From: Candidatus Latescibacterota bacterium
GTDB lineage: Bacteria > Latescibacterota > UBA2968
NCBI GenBank assembly: GCA_965204745.1
Contig: OZ242010.1
Location: forward strand, 4,032,001 to 4,096,000
DNA length: 64,000 bases
Direction: 5' to 3'
Of this stretch, positions 60,459 to 64,000 are shown one piece after another. The translations under genes were made by a program, and so were the position numbers. Below the pieces are notes generated by a model. It saw only the letters and a list, made by a program, of their open reading frames with translations. It was not told where the DNA came from and did not search any database. Positions within the stretch are counted from its first letter, which is position 1. Each line of letters starts with the position of its first letter.

Positions 60459-61226
60459 ATGGCGTCTATGACCATTTCGCTGTTGGGACATGCGTCTTTT
60501 CGGCTGCAACCCGATTCGGGCGAGGTGTTCTTTTTCGATCCGTGGTTGGACGAGAATCCCACTTGCGATCTGTCGGTGGCAGATGTGCAGCGCGCCGATG
60601 TGGTGATTGCCAGTCACGGGCACAGCGATCACATGGGGGATTCGCTGCGCCTGTGTCGGGAAACCGGGGCCACATTTGTCGGCAATTTTGAACTGTGTTT
60701 GGTGGCGGAGAAGCACGGCTTTGAGATCGGGCGCAATGCCATTCCGATCAACCCGGGCGGCACGGTGGAGGTGCCGGGCGCGCGCATTACGGCCACGCAG
60801 GCGTTTCACTCGCTTTCGATGTCGCCCGCGTTGGCGTTGGGAGACGCGCCCGCGGATCAGTATTTTCGCCCCGATGGCGCGGTGTGCGGGATGGTGATGG
60901 CGTTTGACAATGGCATCTCGGTTTACGACACGTCCGATACCACCGTGTTTAGCGACATGCAGTTGATCGGCCAGATGTATGGGCCTCAGATCGCGATTTT
61001 GCCCGTGGGCGGGAAATACACGATGGGCATTCGAGAAGCGGCGCGGGCGGCCAGTTTTATTCGCCCAGATGTCGTCATTCCATGTCATTATGGCGAAACC
61101 CTAGGCCAGCCCGCAGACATTGAGGCGTTTTCAAACGCGGTCTCATTTCTTTCGCCCAAGACGCAAGTGGTGGCCCTCGATCCGGGGGCGTCTGTTACGT
61201 ATTGTGCCAGTTCTGTCGAATTTTGA
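60459..61226 (+). CDS. MBL-fold metal-dependent hydrolase
   Basis: LGHASF, SHGHSDH, IPCHY. Confidence 0.88.
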   Translation: MASMTISLLGHASFRLQPDSGEVFFFDPWLDENPTCDLSVADVQRADVVIASHGHSDHMGDSLRLCRETGATFVGNFELCLVAEKHGFEIGRNAIPINPGGTVEVPGARITATQAFHSLSMSPALALGDAPADQYFRPDGAVCGMVMAFDNGISVYDTSDTTVFSDMQLIGQMYGPQIAILPVGGKYTMGIREAARAASFIRPDVVIPCHYGETLGQPADIEAFSNAVSFLSPKTQVVALDPGASVTYCASSVEF

Positions 61227-61238
61227 GAGGAGGGTGAT

Positions 61239-62057
61239 TTGCCGCGGGACGAACTCAATGCCGTTGTGACGCAGCGTCTCGAAGTGACCCCGGATTTGAT
61301 CATTCTGCGCGTGACCCCAGATGGATGGGATCTGCCGGCGTTTGAGGCCGGGCAATTTGCCGTGATCGGGTTGCCGCACGACGCGCCGCGAACCGAGTTT
61401 TCAGATCCGGCTGAGGATTTTATCGAGCCGCGCAAAGGGTTGATTCGGCGGGCGTATTCCATCGCTTCTTCTTCGGTGGCAACGGAATACCTCGAATTTT
61501 ATATCACGTTGGTGCGCTCTGGCGCGTTGACGCCCATGCTGTTCGCGCTGGAGATCGGTGACCGCCTGTGGTTGGGGCCGAAGATCACGGGGATGTTCAC
61601 GCTGCAAGACGTGCCGCCGAACAACCATGTCGTGATGGTGGCGACCGGCACGGGCTTGGCGCCGTATATGAGCATGTTGCGGACGTACTTGCGCGAGAAC
61701 GCGGAACGACGCTTTGTCGTGCTACACGGCGCGCGGCATTCGTGGGATTTGGGGTATCGAGCGGAATTGGAGACCATGCAGGATTTGTGCGCGAATTTTA
61801 CGTACATCCCGCAGATCAGCCGCCCGGCAAATGAGCATGTGGCGTGGAGCGGGCATACGGGCTATGTGCAAAATTTGTGGACAGATGGCCCACTCGACGA
61901 GGTTTGGGGCGGGCATCCAACGCCGGAAGATACGCATGTGTTCGTCTGCGGCAATCCCCACATGTGCGAAGACGTGACGAAGATTTTGGTTTCAGAGGGA
62001 TTTAAGGAGCACAAGCGCAGAGATCCCGGGCAAGTGCATGTGGAACGGTATTGGTGA
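61239..62057 (+). CDS. fpr: Ferredoxin--NADP+ reductase
   Basis: RAYSIAS, TGTGLAPY, CGNP, terminal ERYW. Confidence 0.9.
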   Translation: MPRDELNAVVTQRLEVTPDLIILRVTPDGWDLPAFEAGQFAVIGLPHDAPRTEFSDPAEDFIEPRKGLIRRAYSIASSSVATEYLEFYITLVRSGALTPMLFALEIGDRLWLGPKITGMFTLQDVPPNNHVVMVATGTGLAPYMSMLRTYLRENAERRFVVLHGARHSWDLGYRAELETMQDLCANFTYIPQISRPANEHVAWSGHTGYVQNLWTDGPLDEVWGGHPTPEDTHVFVCGNPHMCEDVTKILVSEGFKEHKRRDPGQVHVERYW

Positions 62058-62134
62058 AGAACCCCGCCCGGCCCGCCCAACCCCCTTCGGTGAGACGGGA
62101 GAGGTGAGACGGGAGAGTCAGTGGGCAGTGGTCG

Positions 62135-62230
62135 GGTCGTGTTGACATTTGCGAGCCATGCAACTGGCTTGAGCGGTTTATCGGGAAAATCAAGCCCTAT
62201 CGCAGAATATGCTCTCGGATTGAGAAACTG
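62135..62230 (+). mobile_element. Internally deleted IS5-family relic
   Basis: ggtcgtgttgacattt IR followed by NWLERFIGKIKPYRRICSRIEKL, similar to the transposase C-terminus at ~41190-41260. Confidence 0.75.
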
Positions 62231-62245
62231 GGACAGGTCGATACT

Positions 62246-62881
62246 ATGGAATTTCATTGGATATTTTCGGGCGTTCTCATCCTTTGCTTTATCTATCTGC
62301 TCAAAGTCCTGAAGAAAACGAGCAAAAGATGCTATGTCTGCCGCGAGCGCGTTTTGTCCTTCGATGCGCTTGAAAAGCGCAGGCGTGACACACTCATGGC
62401 CGTTCTTGAACGAGAGGGTATAAAATCACACCGATTGGAAATTTGTCCCAAATGCAACCGAATTTACGATGAAAAATGGCGATTAAACGATTGGGATATG
62501 ACCGACCAATATTGTGAATGTGGCGACATGCTCGAAACGCCCTGGGATATAGACCCGCCGATCCTGCAAAAAATTATGACGGGCTTGCCGCCTCAACTTG
62601 TCCAATCTCTAGTTGAAGAAACGAGCCGCGAGGAGGTCGCCGAGTTACTCGATGGCTATCGAGTTAGAAGCCGTTGGACTTCTTTCAAAAAAAGAAGCCG
62701 CAAGGAGGTTGTCAAGCTACTCGGTGGCTATCACGATCTGCTTTATCGACACTATAAACTTTCAGAAGGACACGCGCTACGCGTCTGTGGCCGGTGTTTC
62801 AGAGTTTATATGTGGGTGCAAAAAACGGATGTGCAGTTATTCAAATGTGTACACCGAAATGTTCAAAACGACGCGCAATAA
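62246..62881 (+). CDS. Hypothetical Cys-rich membrane-anchored protein
   Basis: N-terminal TM; CYVC, CPKC, CEC, CGRC. Confidence 0.6.
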   Translation: MEFHWIFSGVLILCFIYLLKVLKKTSKRCYVCRERVLSFDALEKRRRDTLMAVLEREGIKSHRLEICPKCNRIYDEKWRLNDWDMTDQYCECGDMLETPWDIDPPILQKIMTGLPPQLVQSLVEETSREEVAELLDGYRVRSRWTSFKKRSRKEVVKLLGGYHDLLYRHYKLSEGHALRVCGRCFRVYMWVQKTDVQLFKCVHRNVQNDAQ

Positions 62882-63047
62882 TCTCTCGTTTTTATCAGAA
62901 GGCCAAGTGGTCGGACCTGTAAGGGTTGAAAAGGGTTACGCGCTGTATTATGTTAAAAAAGTGTGCGGCAGTGCTAAAGTTGAATTGGGCTATATCAATA
63001 AACTGATTTGAAAGACCAATGATGGCCTATTGAATCTGCGAGGAATT

Positions 63048-63812
63048 ATGGACAGTGAAATTCGCATTCACTACGTCAGCCATTTTCTCAACTTGAGTTT
63101 GTGGTATGTGCGGGTGTTGATGGCGCGGGAGGGCATCGCGTTTGAAGATGCGATTGTCTCGCGGGTCAATGTGTATCGCAATACGGATTTTTTCGATGGC
63201 ACACACCATCCCGCTTGGGGGCATGAAGACCCGGATTGGAACGCCTATCTCAAAGGCTTAAAGGCGATTTTTGACCGCTGCGAAGGCGAGGCGTGGGAAG
63301 AAGAGGGGCTGGCCTATTTGTGGCCGCGCGTGACAAAGGAGGGGCGCAGGCCGTCGGCAAAAGGGCGTCCCTATCACTGCTGGACGTATGATGATGGCGA
63401 GGATTATATCGCGCTCCACATCGCCAATGTGTATCAGCCCAAATCCCCGCTGAGTGAGATGCGCGGCGCGTTTCGGGATACGTTGTTGCAACTGTTGCGC
63501 GACACGCGGGCGCGACGTCCGGAAGCGAAGATCGTCTGGTGCGGGAGTTGGCTCAATTCCGCGCCGCCATTTTTGGCGCTATTTCCCGAAAGCTGGCGCG
63601 AAAGTGCCAAAGTGAGCCGCAAGTCGGGCGTGGGCATGGGGCATTGGGGGCAGTTTATGGATCGCACTGGGCGATTTCATGTGCGAAATGGCGAACACCT
63701 GCGCGCAACAGGCGCGTTTCCCTACCCCAGCCGGATTTGCCACGCCCCACTTGACGAGATTATCGCGCACTTGGAAGCGATGAAAAATGATGCTCCGCAA
63801 CGGGAGCCATAA
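63048..63812 (+). CDS. Hypothetical protein
   Basis: 254-aa frame with GAGG RBS; Trp-rich, CGSWLNS. Confidence 0.65.
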   Translation: MDSEIRIHYVSHFLNLSLWYVRVLMAREGIAFEDAIVSRVNVYRNTDFFDGTHHPAWGHEDPDWNAYLKGLKAIFDRCEGEAWEEEGLAYLWPRVTKEGRRPSAKGRPYHCWTYDDGEDYIALHIANVYQPKSPLSEMRGAFRDTLLQLLRDTRARRPEAKIVWCGSWLNSAPPFLALFPESWRESAKVSRKSGVGMGHWGQFMDRTGRFHVRNGEHLRATGAFPYPSRICHAPLDEIIAHLEAMKNDAPQREP

Positions 63813-64000
63813 TCCCCTCTGCGAACCTACGAAGTGCGTCGGGTTTTGGCGTTGGCGGGGACTGACCACTGACCACTTGGTGGGCGGGTTGGGTGAGATT
63901 ACTCCGTGCGTCTATTCGTCTATTTTTTCAACGTTTCCGGCACGAGAAAGAGGAAGATGCCCGCTGCGGAGAGGCCGATGCAGGCGATAGCCAAGGTCGC

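Overview
Bacterial chromosomal window, moderately GC-rich; taxon cannot be fixed from sequence alone. The core genes are a long minus-strand run (DUF512, der, MerR-type regulator, rimP-nusA-infB-DUF503-rbfA-truB-ribF-rpsO-pnp, then asnS-leuS), a SUF Fe-S operon (sufB, sufC, sufD, sufS, sufU, sufT, Rrf2 regulator), lexA, dprA, a sulfatase with an MFS transporter, and a glutamate dehydrogenase/MBL hydrolase/ferredoxin-NADP reductase block. Defence-like cargo is inserted co-directionally inside these core operons. It comprises a ~9.7 kb mosaic between pnp and asnS (two fused restriction-methyltransferases, Uma2, STAS-like, PIN-DUF433), a ParA-like ATPase + HEPN pair between sufB and sufC, an N4-type methyltransferase + NYN pair between sufT and Rrf2, and a type III R-M system. 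Two intact IS elements (IS982-like, IS5-like with an extra captured end) sit at gene ends in these cassettes. Also present are diverged short duplications with mostly synonymous changes, tandem DUF1640/CCDC90-like genes with shuffled heptad/hendecad modules, and dispersed heptamer and GTAG-type REP repeats. No CRISPR array, rRNA or tRNA was recognised. All family calls come from motif recognition by eye, not database searches.
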